From: Patescibacteria group bacterium
Lineage (GTDB): Bacteria; Patescibacteriota; Patescibacteriia; Magasanikbacterales; GWA2-37-8
DNA length: 64,000 bases
Direction: 5' to 3'
Assembly: GCA_041651015.1 (NCBI GenBank)
Contig: JBAZKA010000002.1
Span: forward strand, 70,163-134,162
Numbering within the stretch: position 1 is the first letter of the stretch; each line of letters starts with the position of its first letter. Positions 62,509-64,000 of this stretch are shown here, piece after piece. The notes under the pieces were generated by a model. The model made no database searches. It was given only the letters and a program-made list of their open reading frames with translations, and was not told where the DNA came from. Made by a program: the position numbers and the translations under genes.

Positions 62509-63360
62509 TTATTTCATCAATAATAATCCAGCCAATGCAACAAAACTGCCAATAATTTTTCTTGTTAAATCTTCTCGTTCGTTCAAAAATATCGCGGCGG
62601 CAATGAAAATAATAACAATTTTAAATGTTGTGATGGCTGACACCAGGCTTAAATTTCCAACACTAAAAATCAAAATGACCCAGGATAAAGATTGTAAAAA
62701 TTGCAACCCTCCAGTTATAGCGATGTCCTTTTTTGTGTATTCATTTTTATTGTTTGTGGCGAATGTTAAAATTCCAAGAAACGCGCATTGCGACCACCAG
62801 CTAAGCATCGTGCCAGCGGTAAAGCCGGTCGTTTTTTGTAACGCGCGTTCAGCAGTGAGAGAGATACCAAGCATTACTCCAGACAAAACCATTAGCATGA
62901 AATATTTATCAAATTTAAATTTTCCGATTCGGTGTTTTTTTGAAACTATTACCATTCCGACAAGAAGCAGTACGGCTCCAAAAATTTGCAGCGTTGCGAG
63001 TTTTTCGTTCAAAAATATAGTAGCGAGCACAATGGTTATTGGCGTATAGATATTGGTTACCAAAGTGCTGATCCCAGCCTCCACATATTTTTGCGCCGTA
63101 TAGAAGCAGATGAAATAGCCTGCGCCAAAAATACCGCTAACCAAAGTTAATGTAATAAGTATGGATACATCGCCTTGAAGATGAAAAGGCCTAAAAATAG
63201 GCAGAAGCAAACTTAAAACCACGGTAATAAGCGCGACCTGAAAGGCCAGACTTATTTGTCCTGTATTGTTTTTGTTCTTTCTAGTTGCCAACCATCGCCT
63301 TTGAAGCGGCGAGGCGCTGGCAGCCACAAAGTAGAATAAGTAACCTAACAATGCTGTCAT
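62509..63360 (-). CDS. EamA/DMT-superfamily transporter
   Basis: Ten TM segments in a two-EamA-repeat layout. Confidence 0.65.
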   Translation of the reverse strand: MTALLGYLFYFVAASASPLQRRWLATRKNKNNTGQISLAFQVALITVVLSLLLPIFRPFHLQGDVSILITLTLVSGIFGAGYFICFYTAQKYVEAGISTLVTNIYTPITIVLATIFLNEKLATLQIFGAVLLLVGMVIVSKKHRIGKFKFDKYFMLMVLSGVMLGISLTAERALQKTTGFTAGTMLSWWSQCAFLGILTFATNNKNEYTKKDIAITGGLQFLQSLSWVILIFSVGNLSLVSAITTFKIVIIFIAAAIFLNEREDLTRKIIGSFVALAGLLLMK

Positions 63361-63541
63361 TTTAATTAAAAAAATTAATTAAGCTATCCTCTTTTTAGGC
63401 TAAAGATTTGCGCCAATAACTCCACTAATCATAGCAAATTGCCCATCCCGACGCAACCACCCCAAATCTTGCAATTCCCATCAAATTTTGTTATAATAAT
63501 CACGCAAAAAGGGCAAAGACCCTTTATTTAACTTTTTATCA

Positions 63542-64000
63542 ATGAAAAAGATTTTATTTTTTATTGGTCCGCCTGGAAGCGGAAAGGGGACGCAAGCCAA
63601 GAAAATAGCGGCCAAATACAATTATAAGCATGTTTCCACAGGCGACCTGATCCGCGCCATTGCTATTGACGCGAACGCCACGGACGAGGAAAAGCAAATT
63701 CTCAAGGAAGTAAATTTGAACGGCCAACTGGCGCCGGATTGGTTTATTTGCGGTTTAGTTTCTCGAGAGATTGAGCGGTTTGCCAGCGGAAATTCAAACT
63801 ATAAAGGAATTGTTTTTGACGGAGCAGTGCGGACAATAGGGCAAGCTGAAAGATTTTTTCAATTTTTGCAAGACAAGAATTTTTTAAATTCCACTCTCGT
63901 CCTGGCGATTATCATCAGCGACAATGAATCGCGCGACCGTTTGAGCAAGCGCCGTGTTTGCGCCGATTGCCGTGAAATTATTCCCTGGGTCACGGCGACA
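63542..64000 (+). CDS. adk: adenylate kinase, N-terminal part (runs off the window's 3' end, not in the ORF track)
   Basis: Manual translation MKKILFFIGPPGSGKGTQAKKIAAKY...STGDLIRA...VFDGAVRT...RRVCADCREI (Cys-containing LID). A TTGCAA-17-GTTATAAT promoter lies at about 63470-63500. Confidence 0.85.
   Translation, partial: MKKILFFIGPPGSGKGTQAKKIAAKYNYKHVSTGDLIRAIAIDANATDEEKQILKEVNLNGQLAPDWFICGLVSREIERFASGNSNYKGIVFDGAVRTIGQAERFFQFLQDKNFLNSTLVLAIIISDNESRDRLSKRRVCADCREIIPWVTAT

Overview
This 64-kb window looks like a low-GC, small-protein genome of the Patescibacteria/CPR type. The replication-origin region is rnpA–rpmH / oriC / dnaA / oriC / dnaN. The str–S10–spc ribosomal-protein cluster runs rpsL–rpsG–fusA … tuf–rpsJ … rplC through rplO–secY … adk. 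L30 is absent, S14 is the zinc type, and S6, S19 and L34 carry extensions. Between these core blocks lies accessory material. There are five tRNA genes, one of which (tRNA-Phe-GAA) has a 217-nt group I intron in its anticodon loop. A free-standing ORF next to it carries a homing-endonuclease-like motif. Each of three tRNAs is followed by a hairpin and a partial duplicate of its own 3' end. A 925-aa surface protein has lamin-tail domains and OB folds, and sits next to a membrane metallophosphoesterase. An orphan PotD-like binding protein sits beside an OmpR/histidine-kinase pair that is translationally coupled to a 611-aa protein with isoprenoid-synthase-like Asp-rich motifs. An AlbA_2/HATPase_c_4 gene is split by one in-frame TAA. 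There is a class-A PBP, an O-antigen ligase, a patatin-like phospholipase, an SPFH protein and MgtC. Several short GC-rich transcription units and ORFs (about 58% GC) have their own strong sigma70 promoters and terminators. Recurring non-coding signals include a near-identical promoter module at three loci, a GCTAAGATTAGC palindrome, an AAAGTT-unit dispersed repeat, and structured leaders that look like attenuators. No rRNA, CRISPR array, integrase or transposase was seen. All calls come from reading the sequence and the six-frame translations. No database search was run.
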